Shown: piece by piece, positions 22,227 through 31,500 of the stretch
Layout: the number at the start of each line of letters is the position of its first letter
How positions within the stretch are numbered: position 1 is the first letter of the stretch
DNA from: Bifidobacterium longum subsp. longum JCM 1217
GTDB lineage: Bacteria > Actinomycetota > Actinomycetes > Actinomycetales > Bifidobacteriaceae
DNA length: 32,000 nucleotides
NCBI RefSeq assembly: GCF_000196555.1
Contig: NC_015067.1
Span: 1,530,001-1,562,000 of the forward strand
Direction of reading: 5' to 3'
Made by a program: the position numbers and the translations under genes
Notes under the pieces: generated by a model
What the model was told of the DNA's origin: nothing
Seen by the model: only the letters and a program-made list of their open reading frames with translations
Databases searched by the model: none

Positions 22227-22440
22227 TGAACACATACACGGATCCGCCGCTACCTGCCCAAGAGGACCAGTCTCGACGGCCTGACGGACGCCGACCTGCA
22301 GGCCATCGTCCAGGAGATCAACGACACCCCCCATGAAGGTCCCGGACTGGGAAACACCCAACGAGGCTTGGTACCGCGAGCTCGGCAAGCTAATGTCGAG
22401 GACAAGCCACCCAAAGACGAGCATTGCACTTACAAATTGA
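22227..22440 (+). pseudogene. IS30-family transposase, C-terminal fragment with a frameshift
   Basis: The plus strand reads ...RIRRYLPKRTSLDGLTDADLQAIVQEINDTP. After a +1 shift at about 22330 it reads MKVPDWETPNEAWYRELGKL...* with the stop at 22438-22440. This matches the conserved IS30 tail (R.Y.PKG.dls....eL..i...lN.RPRK.LgW.TP.E.). The GC is about 60%, flanked by AT-rich DNA. Roughly the C-terminal 70 codons are visible. Confidence 0.6.
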
Positions 22441-22559
22441 ATCCGGGCCAGCCACTCGCCAACAACGTATCGGTCCATTATATGTCAGCAACATTCTGAA
22501 CTATCATGAACCATCAAGTACAACTAACTACTGAGAAAATCCAATCTTGCGAGAGGAAA

Positions 22560-23858
22560 TTATGCGGCGGTGATGCTATTTCTGATCATCGTGCGCCATT
22601 GAACGCGGCTAATAGGAGAAACAGTCTGGAATTGTAAAGACCTCAGGATCGTAAGGGCCTCTCTGTCCAGGGTCAACAAACTACAAATTCTGCGATCCTG
22701 TATCATACAATCAAAGTTAATTCGTTCTAAACCATAATGATCGAACAATCTCTGTAACAAACCGCCCCACCGGCTAAGCATCTCTATCAGGTTGCTCGGC
22801 GACGCCATATTCCACACAGTCATATATCTTTTATCCGAATACAGAGGTATGCACTGTGAAGCTCTGACTATTTCCGCCTTCTTTATGCCCGTTTCTTTGG
22901 AGGCATCCGCTATATGCCAAACATATGCGTATGGCGGATCATGCAGGATACATCGGATTAGCTCCAACATATCATAAAGGCGTTTCTTGGACCCTTTATC
23001 GCATTCCAGAGCCGCGCTAGCGAACCCAGATCTTTCACCACCTTCACAATGTATAATCCGAAGCTCATGTCTTTCGGTATCCACTTTGGGCCAGCTCCGA
23101 TTGGCTTTCATCAAAAGGTTTAGACCGTCAATAATCTCATTGATACAGAACTCAGACACATCCTTCGTCAAATCACTGAGCACTCGTATATGAATATCGC
23201 AATCCGTCTTCTCCGTGAATATATGATTCACCCAACGCGCGCCAGTTATCTTATACTCAGAGAAACGAAGCATACAATCATCTATATTTCTTCGTGCACT
23301 ACTCAACTGAGCGAGCATCTTTAATTCATCTAATCCAATGCGGCAATGAGTGCTTCCACAACTAAATTGTATTGTCGATATCCCATATTTAGGAAATACA
23401 TAACACAAGCGGTCAGACCAAGATTGAAAGCGAGCGAAAGTGCCAGGAGGCAATGACCTAGCACCAACGTCACCTCCAACTTCAAGAGGACAGCAGCCAA
23501 CCCCTCTCCCATTCTCATCCTGCAGATCAAGACCATTACTCTCATTTAGATAGCTTTGAAACGCATAGCACAAAGACATCAAAATGGCGATGGCCGCACG
23601 GTCATAAGCAGATTGAAAATCAGCAGTCGCCTTTCCGTTCACATCGGCCTGCAACACGCAGCAATCAGCAACATATTCATTCGCGCTGTCAGAAGGACGA
23701 AGATTAAACTGACATAGGGCCACACCAAAATGCTCCATATATGTCAGGTGCTCAAAATACTTCTCTATTGCAACACCGATTTCGCCATAAAGCGTTCGCG
23801 CAAGCTCAATGGGAATTCTTTTACCTTCATCCCGGATTACGTTCATGGTCACGGACAC
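22560..23858 (-). CDS. hypothetical 432-aa cysteine-rich protein, no recognisable domain
   Basis: This is a long uninterrupted ORF 41 nt downstream of the FtsZ-fragment gene on the same strand. The start is a GTG at 23858 with GAAGGAG 10 nt upstream (alternative ATG at 23846). No transmembrane segments, no P-loop and no tubulin signature were seen. Confidence 0.7.
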   Translation of the reverse strand: MSVTMNVIRDEGKRIPIELARTLYGEIGVAIEKYFEHLTYMEHFGVALCQFNLRPSDSANEYVADCCVLQADVNGKATADFQSAYDRAAIAILMSLCYAFQSYLNESNGLDLQDENGRGVGCCPLEVGGDVGARSLPPGTFARFQSWSDRLCYVFPKYGISTIQFSCGSTHCRIGLDELKMLAQLSSARRNIDDCMLRFSEYKITGARWVNHIFTEKTDCDIHIRVLSDLTKDVSEFCINEIIDGLNLLMKANRSWPKVDTERHELRIIHCEGGERSGFASAALECDKGSKKRLYDMLELIRCILHDPPYAYVWHIADASKETGIKKAEIVRASQCIPLYSDKRYMTVWNMASPSNLIEMLSRWGGLLQRLFDHYGLERINFDCMIQDRRICSLLTLDREALTILRSLQFQTVSPISRVQWRTMIRNSITAA

Positions 23859-23899
23859 GGCTAATCAACTCCTTCATTAGGCAATCAGCAGCTGCAGAA

Positions 23900-24328
23900 T
23901 CAAACACTGTCCGAGCATCGACCGAATCCGATTACTGTGACCTCTCCGCCCGAATCAATTTGGCCATCGAACATCATGCCCCAAACAATCATGGCATCAG
24001 GTTGAACGCAGGCACGTATCTCATCCACAGCACGCGTTACTTTCTGGAGTTTTTCATGAGCCGAACAAGCGAAAGAGATGCAGACGGCGTTCATCATCTT
24101 CAACGAATCATTTGAGAATGATGCCATTGCGCGCTTCGCGGCCTCAACTATTCCATCCGTACCTTCTGCTTGGCCAGCGCCGGACCAAGCCAGATCGTTG
24201 CCGCCCATCGCCGCTTTGATATCGGACCAATCAACATGTATGTACGAAGAATTCATATCAGATATATCATCCAATACCCGAAAACCAGCGTTTAACTTTT
24301 TCGCCATCTGCAACTCTTGCTTGTCCAT
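23900..24328 (-). CDS. stand-alone FtsZ-like H7/T7-loop/C-terminal-subdomain protein (no GTP-binding domain)
   Basis: VLDDISDMNSSYIHVDWSDIKAAMGGNDLAWSGAGQAEGTDGIVEAAKRAMAS...DAMIVWGMMFD....GEVTVIGFG aligns by eye with FtsZ GVQGISDLI.PGLINVDFADVKT.MS..G.A.MG.G.A.GE.RA.EAAK.AISS...IFG.......VTVIATG. An AAGGAG SD lies 5 nt upstream of the ATG at 24328. Confidence 0.7.
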   Translation of the reverse strand: MDKQELQMAKKLNAGFRVLDDISDMNSSYIHVDWSDIKAAMGGNDLAWSGAGQAEGTDGIVEAAKRAMASFSNDSLKMMNAVCISFACSAHEKLQKVTRAVDEIRACVQPDAMIVWGMMFDGQIDSGGEVTVIGFGRCSDSV

Positions 24329-24388
24329 TTTGACTCCTTATCGAGAGCTATCAATACTCCTCACAATATGCACGACAAGCAATCAACA

Positions 24389-24400
24389 GTAGATATCTAC
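24389..24400. repeat. perfect 12-bp palindrome GTAGATATCTAC in the spacer upstream of the FtsZ-fragment gene (possible operator)
   Basis: The palindrome is read directly from the sequence. It lies 61-72 nt upstream of the ATG at 24328, inside the 144-nt addA/FtsZ-fragment intergenic spacer. Confidence 0.3.
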
Positions 24401-24472
24401 CGGAATATTGAAGATGAACAAGCTACTAACGTTTAGCTGAAAACGAGTCAGTTACCGAGGCCCCGGCATTGA

Positions 24473-27400
24473 TCACGAAATGTGAATAATCCTGTGTCCA
24501 ATGAGCCCTACAAGCCATCGCCGTACTACAGCATATCCAGAATAGCGATGTTCTAGGGCCTCGGCGTAGAGAGCTTGTTGTTGAGCGTATTCGGTGCGGA
24601 GACGCTGAGACCAGTCTTTGACTGTTTCACCCGGGCGCATTTTGTCGGTTTTGTAGTCGAAGAGGGTGATGGTCTTGGCGGTTGGATCAAGGAAATAGCC
24701 GTCTATGATACCTCGGACCACGATTGTGTCGTCACATTGCTCAGCAACGTTGCCGCTGTCATTCTTCGTGTTGGGCACGCCACCAGCCATGCCGCTACCG
24801 TTCACCTTGGCATTAAGCCGGTTACGTTCAATCAACATCGAGAATGGCTCTTCCCGGAACAGAGTATCCCGATGAGCTCGTATTTGCGCCGATAGCGGGC
24901 AATTTTCTCCAGTGACAAACCAGAGCAAGCCTTCCAGCTCGCGAGTCAGCACAATATGAGCCACTTGCGGCGTGATGACATGATTCGCTTCCAGACGGTC
25001 AACAATGTTTCTCAGCTCGGCTTCGCACTGCTCACGGAACGGCTCAGTACCCCAATCAAAGAGTTCCAGTACATTGTGGACCGCAGTACCCACCTCCGAA
25101 GCAGATGGCTCAACGTCGGATACCTTCTTCATAAAGTCAGGAATAAAGAACCCACTATGCGCTTCCCGCCTTTGCTTCCAATCATCTAGATTGTCTTCCA
25201 GCATGGCAATTGGCGCAGCCGCGTCATCAGACGGCAATACAGCCAGCGAATCAGTGTCATCAGATATAGATTCCGCATCATCAATCATCCAGCTGCGAGC
25301 CTTGGAGGAACTCACTACCACTGGCATGCGCGGAGGCTCATCAGGCAATCGCAAACCAGTCACATCAATACGTTTATTGATATAGCCATACCCGTCCGTT
25401 CGCTCATTCATAGTGGTCGTCGGCTCAGGCGCAGCACTGCAGAATCGAATCGTAATGGCCCTGCCCGTCGCCGCCATAGCCGGCGCTGTTTCCTGTAGTC
25501 CCGCAGCAAGATTCCACGCACGGACCTCATTAGGGCGAAGAATCGCAGACGAATCATCATCCGCATCTCCAGACGCCAGCAATGATCCTAGAATCCAATA
25601 GAGATAATTGGGGCTACCACTATTCTTGACCACCGTTCGTGGATCTATGGTGCGTCCATCGCCGCTTAGCGCGATGCCTTGAGCCATCGTACGCAAATTC
25701 AGATTGCCATCATCGTTCTTTCCTGGACGGTACGATCCCGCGATAATCAACTTGCGTTCGGCACGAGTCATCGCCACATAGAGCAAACGAAGTTCCTCTG
25801 CCGCCTCCAACTCCTTGGCCCGCGAATCAATCACTGCGCGCTGGAAAGTATCCACTCGAACATGGTTACGTTGGTCAACCAACGATAAGGCACCTTCGCC
25901 ATATTCGGCAACAGCCCCATCCTCATTCCTTGTCTGATGAGCAATCGTGCGAACGACAGCGGTTCTCGATCCGGTCAGCAGATTATTGCTGGCACCCATG
26001 AGTATCACGACGGGCCATTGCAATCCCTTGGATTTATGAATCGTCATGATATGCACGGCGTTTTTGGTAGGCACTGTTGAAGCTTCTTCACCGGAGCCAC
26101 TCGCGGACCACATTGTTACGGCATCAAGGAATGGTTGCAATCCACGCTCCTGAGCTACAGCAAATGCATCAGCCTTTTCTACAAGCAAGCGCAGGTTCGC
26201 CTGCCGTCGCTCACCTTCAGGCATATTGCCTGCGAAATCGAACAAGCCAGAAACGGCATAGAGATGCCACAACGAATCAGACAGAGAGTGAACTCGCGCA
26301 TAATCGCATGCGGCATCATAGATTCGCAGGAATGCCGATATCTTTGCAAGCAACACATCAGAAGAAAGAACAGCCGATTCATCAGCTTCTCCCCCACTCT
26401 CAGCAATCCGCCGCATAACGTCAAATAGCCAGCCTCTGTTATGCAGACGAATCCGCGCCAAATCATCATCCGTGAACCCCATAGTCCGTAGCACCGCAAC
26501 CAACGGCACATCCTGATGACGATTGGCGATAATACGCAACCAATCCAAGGCGATCTGTATCTCCGGCTGACGATACAGGTCTCCAACGCCCTGTACTTCG
26601 ACTGGAATGCCGACACGATATAGTCGGTCAGCCAGGTCGGCAAAATGAGTAGCGCCACGAGCCAGCACCGCGATATCCCCATATGAATACTGCGCGCGAG
26701 GCCCCTCGCAGAGCTCCTGGACACGGCGCACTATCATGTCCACCTGTAATTCGTCCTTGCCGGCGCGAACTGTCGGTGCAGTGTCAGTGCCGTTTTCATC
26801 AGCCACAACATCAGCACTCAAGTCAGGTGCCGCGTTACTCACCAACAATTCAATGGCTTCTGCATCGAATGGTTTACCGGCTTGCTTTGCCGAGCCGATT
26901 TGCAACTGTTCCTTCAGGTAATCGGTCGCACCCATATTCGGCGTCATCAGTCGGGCAAATACCGTATTCACAAAAGTGATGATTTCCGGCACCGATCGAT
27001 AGTTCACCCACAATTCCCGGCGATGGCTCGCATCCGTAACACTATTGCAGATATCGCCGAACTCCTCCGGCGAGGCATCACGGAACCCATAAATGCTTTG
27101 CTTCACATCACCGACCATGGTAAGTTTGGCTGCATTTCGGCTGATTTCGCGAATGAATCGATTCTGCAGGGCGTTATTATCCTGGCATTCATCCACATAA
27201 ATATATCGCCACTGAGCACCGATACGCTTGGCCACGTCAGGCTGCTGCATGGCATCCAATGCCCAGAAAGCCACATCACTGAACTCCGCTACGGACTCCT
27301 GCTGTTTCACAAGCGCATACTGCTGGTCGAACGTGGTGATGAGCGCAATCAATCCTTCGAGTCTTCGCGCAGCGACCTCATCAAGCGAGTCCACTTGTTC

Positions 27401-28588
27401 AGCGGTAAAGGCCAGTTTCGATTGCAAATCAGAAACGATCCCTTTAATGCCCCGCACCGTTTCCGCCAAGCGACGGCCCAGTTCACTGTCTTTGGGTACG
27501 GCGATTGCCGTACTCTTAAGAATGGCAGTTTTGCCGACAGTAATGCGCTTGGGCAGTACGTCCAATGGATTGGCATCGATAACACGAGCACGAACTGCAT
27601 TCCATGATTCGCTACGCAAGTACTGAGGCAAATCGCATATCATCCGCAATGATTTGACTACCGTATCTTGCTGCGCGGTGTGCGCATCGTGGCAGCTGGC
27701 GAGCGCCTCATCAAGACACGATCGCAATTCGGCAAGAGGATGTTCTGCCATATCAATCCAGCCTCGAAAATAACGGTCCAAATATTCATTGCCGTATTCA
27801 CCACCAACGACCTGATTCAGCGACGCAATGTTGAACCGGTATGGTTCGGCGAGCCGGCTAAGCCAACCGATGCGGTTGGGCTTGGTGAGTGCCTTGTCAT
27901 ACAGGCTCATCATGGTGGCGCGCAAGTCACCATCATGCCGGGGCCCTTGCATGTTGTCCAACACATCCATGAACCGCGCGTGCATTGAGTTGCGCTCGTC
28001 ATACCACGATTCGAATAACGCGTCGAGTGTTTGGCCTCTCAGCCGGTTCTTCATGGCATCATCAGCAAGAATCTGGAATCCTGGAGCCACCGGCAATGTA
28101 TCGGCATTGCGATCCACGATTCTTTTGGAGAGCGCATCAATAGTGCTGATTTGCACGGTTGGCAGATCGTTCAAGGCAACGGAGAATACGGTTTGCGCAT
28201 GGTGGCAATCGTGCAGAATCGTACGCGCCAGTTCGCTGTCGTCTCCACCTAATTGATAGTCCGTATCCAAGAGCACGAGTGAACCCGGCTGGCATCCATG
28301 ATTGCGCCGCGCATACAGAATGGCGTACTGCAGGTTCTGTTCCAAGCGCCGGCGAATTTCTGCGGCTGCGGCAACGGTGAAAGTAATAATTAACGATTCG
28401 CGGATGGATGAATGCGCTTCGTCTGCATTACGGTTCAGCAAGTCCAGCAGAATATCCTGCAAGAGTTGAGTGGTTTTGCCGGTGCCTGCGGATGCGCTGA
28501 TGACGTAAGGCATGGTGTTTGTCGGAAAATCGTCCGAGAGATTATCCGCATCTTCCGACCTAGGTAATGCATCAACATGTTCTACCAT
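24473..28588 (-). CDS. addA: AddA/RexA-type helicase-nuclease (UvrD/PcrA-like SF1 motor + C-terminal PD-(D/E)XK nuclease)
   Basis: The helicase motifs seen are ISASAGTGKT (I), ITFTVAAAAEIRRR (Ia), YIYVDECQDNN (II), MVGDVKQSIYGFRDA (III), NYRS (IV), TIHKSKGLQWPVV (V) and LLYVAMTRAERKL (VI). The nuclease motifs are GTAVHNVLE, VRGIIDGYFLD...ITLFDYKTDK and QQQALYAEAL. A GAAGGAGG SD lies 6 nt upstream. The start overlaps the addB stop by 7 nt. Confidence 0.9.
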   Translation of the reverse strand: MVEHVDALPRSEDADNLSDDFPTNTMPYVISASAGTGKTTQLLQDILLDLLNRNADEAHSSIRESLIITFTVAAAAEIRRRLEQNLQYAILYARRNHGCQPGSLVLLDTDYQLGGDDSELARTILHDCHHAQTVFSVALNDLPTVQISTIDALSKRIVDRNADTLPVAPGFQILADDAMKNRLRGQTLDALFESWYDERNSMHARFMDVLDNMQGPRHDGDLRATMMSLYDKALTKPNRIGWLSRLAEPYRFNIASLNQVVGGEYGNEYLDRYFRGWIDMAEHPLAELRSCLDEALASCHDAHTAQQDTVVKSLRMICDLPQYLRSESWNAVRARVIDANPLDVLPKRITVGKTAILKSTAIAVPKDSELGRRLAETVRGIKGIVSDLQSKLAFTAEQVDSLDEVAARRLEGLIALITTFDQQYALVKQQESVAEFSDVAFWALDAMQQPDVAKRIGAQWRYIYVDECQDNNALQNRFIREISRNAAKLTMVGDVKQSIYGFRDASPEEFGDICNSVTDASHRRELWVNYRSVPEIITFVNTVFARLMTPNMGATDYLKEQLQIGSAKQAGKPFDAEAIELLVSNAAPDLSADVVADENGTDTAPTVRAGKDELQVDMIVRRVQELCEGPRAQYSYGDIAVLARGATHFADLADRLYRVGIPVEVQGVGDLYRQPEIQIALDWLRIIANRHQDVPLVAVLRTMGFTDDDLARIRLHNRGWLFDVMRRIAESGGEADESAVLSSDVLLAKISAFLRIYDAACDYARVHSLSDSLWHLYAVSGLFDFAGNMPEGERRQANLRLLVEKADAFAVAQERGLQPFLDAVTMWSASGSGEEASTVPTKNAVHIMTIHKSKGLQWPVVILMGASNNLLTGSRTAVVRTIAHQTRNEDGAVAEYGEGALSLVDQRNHVRVDTFQRAVIDSRAKELEAAEELRLLYVAMTRAERKLIIAGSYRPGKNDDGNLNLRTMAQGIALSGDGRTIDPRTVVKNSGSPNYLYWILGSLLASGDADDDSSAILRPNEVRAWNLAAGLQETAPAMAATGRAITIRFCSAAPEPTTTMNERTDGYGYINKRIDVTGLRLPDEPPRMPVVVSSSKARSWMIDDAESISDDTDSLAVLPSDDAAAPIAMLEDNLDDWKQRREAHSGFFIPDFMKKVSDVEPSASEVGTAVHNVLELFDWGTEPFREQCEAELRNIVDRLEANHVITPQVAHIVLTRELEGLLWFVTGENCPLSAQIRAHRDTLFREEPFSMLIERNRLNAKVNGSGMAGGVPNTKNDSGNVAEQCDDTIVVRGIIDGYFLDPTAKTITLFDYKTDKMRPGETVKDWSQRLRTEYAQQQALYAEALEHRYSGYAVVRRWLVGLIGHRIIHIS

Positions 28589-31500
28589 GCCTTGCCTCCT
28601 TCAGATGTATTATTCATATGAAGAGCCGCTTCTTTGAGCTCCAGCAATGTCACTGCTGTCTCCACCTCGAATATGTTGCTATTCAACACATCCCACGCCA
28701 TGATGTCGGCCACATCGCTGTAGGCAAGACCATCACGGCCGTCAACCAAAGAACGATAAGGGCGCACCGGCAGTTTGCCGTCCAATATGTTCTGGCAGGC
28801 ACCCACTATTTTCCCGTGCACATAATCCGCTATGCCACGAAATTCTTCCGCACTCAGTTGTTCGATACCGATGCCGGTTTCGTCGGATTCTCCTATAAGC
28901 ACGCCACTGTTCGGCATATCAAAGCCTCGCCATACGTTTCTGATGCGCATGTTCTGAGCACTTGAATCGTCACTTGGCTCATCGAACAGACTCGTTGATC
29001 CATCGTCTGCGCTCGGCAACATGTTGTATTGGTTATTCAGCGCGATGCGTTCTCGAATGGTTGCGCTGGGTTTAATCGGGAGAAAGAACATGCCTGCTAC
29101 TGGCATTCCGGAGTTGTGCTGGGCGGCAGAAGCATACGTAAACAGCTGAAGTTCATGGCCGTAGTACACATTTGAAGCGCGGCCGCCATCATTGCGAGAC
29201 GGTTTGCCGAACAACGTACGGGCAGAAGACTTATAGTCCAGCACAACAATGCCGGCGCTCTCTCGCGAAATATTGGTATCGCGAATTACCGTATCAATGC
29301 GGTCGACCTTGCCATTGATACGCAATGCAACCGGGATTTCCTTGTCCCTCGCCCTACCGATTAATTGTTCCCCTGAATATGGCGACTGCCATGCACCGGT
29401 CGTTCCTCCAACGTTGCCAAATACTTGCTCTACACACGTAGGCGTAAGCATCGTCTGTGCGGACGATAATGCCTCACGTTGCGCAGCAGCATCGACGGCA
29501 AAATCCATCAGCGTATCGACCAGCTGACGATGAATCATACGCATACGATTACTGGACCGCAGCACCTCCATACGCGGGTCTTCGTTCAGCACCGTCCACT
29601 GATTGCAGCCTCGATCCAGTCTGGAATAGTCGGCGATAAGCTCTTGCATGTCTGTTGCAGTGGGCTGAGGTGGTAAGCCGTTCAAATCTCGTTCGTTCTT
29701 GTGTCGCTCGATCCAGGCATTGACCGCATGTTCCAGCACTGCATGATAGAACGTGCCTTCAAGCGCGGCATCAAAAGCGAACGCATTTGCCACGTTAACT
29801 TTCAATCCGTATTTCAGGAAATACTCATACGGATTGCGATAGTACGTTTCTATTGCCGAAACCGATGCATTGAACACACGAGTCGAGATCGAAGGATCTG
29901 CACCATGAGTGCGATAAACGCGATGCACATAATCCGGCCTAGTGAACAACCGATATGCCAGTTCGCGGTCAAGGGGACGATACTCTGTTTCAACGGTCGG
30001 CACAGCGCGTTTGCTCGCTCCGATGATTTCGCTCGTATCCGATGTACCCGTCTCCCATTGGCTGATATATGGCGAGCATGCTTGTGCAGCGTTACGCAGA
30101 CTCTTTGGATAGGTCATAGACAACTGCTGCGTTGCGCTGGCAACAACACCGTTAAACCATAGCGGTTCTTGCCCGGACCTACGTTCCACCGTACCGGAAA
30201 GTACATTCCACGCTTCCAAAGTTTTGCCTTGGGAAGTCAGGAACTGTGACAAATCCAGCCGCTCGCCGTCATCGAGCAGACCGGTCTCATGCGGAATCGC
30301 AGGCAATTGAGATTCACTGCAACCCAGAACAATCACATATCTGTATGGATGTAAAGGCGATGACATCGGCAATACGTCCACGGCGCTGGCGGAGACCGGA
30401 CGCGAATCGATTGACTGCGCGGCGAGCGTCGAAGCTAGATTTCTAGCAAAGATTCCTACATATTCAGCAAAATAATCGTTACCGAGCTGTTGAACCATGT
30501 CGTCAAACGCATTCATGATGACGGTCCAAACTGGCGCGGATCCTTCAATGGTTTGGGCGTATTCGGTAAGAAAACCAACCATCCCGCCTAGAGCCTCCCG
30601 CACGGTTGCGCTAGGCCGCGGCCGAAACACATCAGCGGCTTGCTGAATCAGCGAACGAATCTTCTGCAAATGTGCAGCGAACGGTATGTCTGTATCGATC
30701 CATACCGTTGCCGGATTGTTGGAGTTCAGCTGATTTTCAATGTCATCGATTGCCGTTGGAGTCAAGTTCAGATACCGGCTGAAGATACCGGAACGCAGTA
30801 TGCGCAGGATGGACTGGGGTTGAAGTTCGTAGGTCGCGGAATCAAGCAGTCCCAGAATCGCATCAGCGAACGGATGGTCAAGCATCGTACTGGACGCGGC
30901 AATATTAATCGGTATCCCCTGATACGTGAATTCCGATGCAATTTGGGCTTGATATGAACCAAGGTCTCGTGAGGTGACCAGCACATCACCGTATGAAATT
31001 TCTGGATTGTCCGCGATGAACTTCTTGATGGACGCTGCCGCATAGCGCACTTCGGCAGTAGTATCCGGCATCGCACACACTGATGTAGAAGCGGATGAAG
31101 CGAAAATACTGGACAGCGTATTTCGGTTTCCATCATCGCGTCTCTGCAATGCTTCCAGATAATCCGGATCAGAACCGGCACCAACCATCACCGTCAGATG
31201 CACGTATTGCGCAAGTGTATGAACTATCCTCATCTCCGAAGCGTTGAGGTGTGCGAAACCGTACAGATAGAACCAGCGATTACTCCCATGCCGCTGTGCC
31301 CATGCACATATGGTTTCATGGGCGGCTCCGGGGAATGTATACCGTTTACCTAACCGTTGCTCCACCAGTTGCAGCAAAGAGCCAAGCACCGAAAGTCGAG
31401 CATTCGACTGATGAGCGGCCAGAGCAAGCACCTCTTCAGCACTGACCCCATCATTATGCAATTCAACAATTTGCTTGGTGAACTGGTCAATAGCCTCAAA

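Noticed and set aside
22560-23858. The idea that the 432-aa protein supplies the missing FtsZ GTPase half (a split FtsZ)
   Set aside because: It has no GGGTG[ST]G tubulin signature, no N-terminal G-rich P-loop-like motif and no Rossmann-like pattern that I can see. Only a structure prediction could revive the idea.
24078-24392. 104-aa plus-strand ORF overlapping the FtsZ-fragment gene
   Set aside because: It lies opposite an ORF with a strong SD and clear FtsZ-like similarity, and it has no features of its own.
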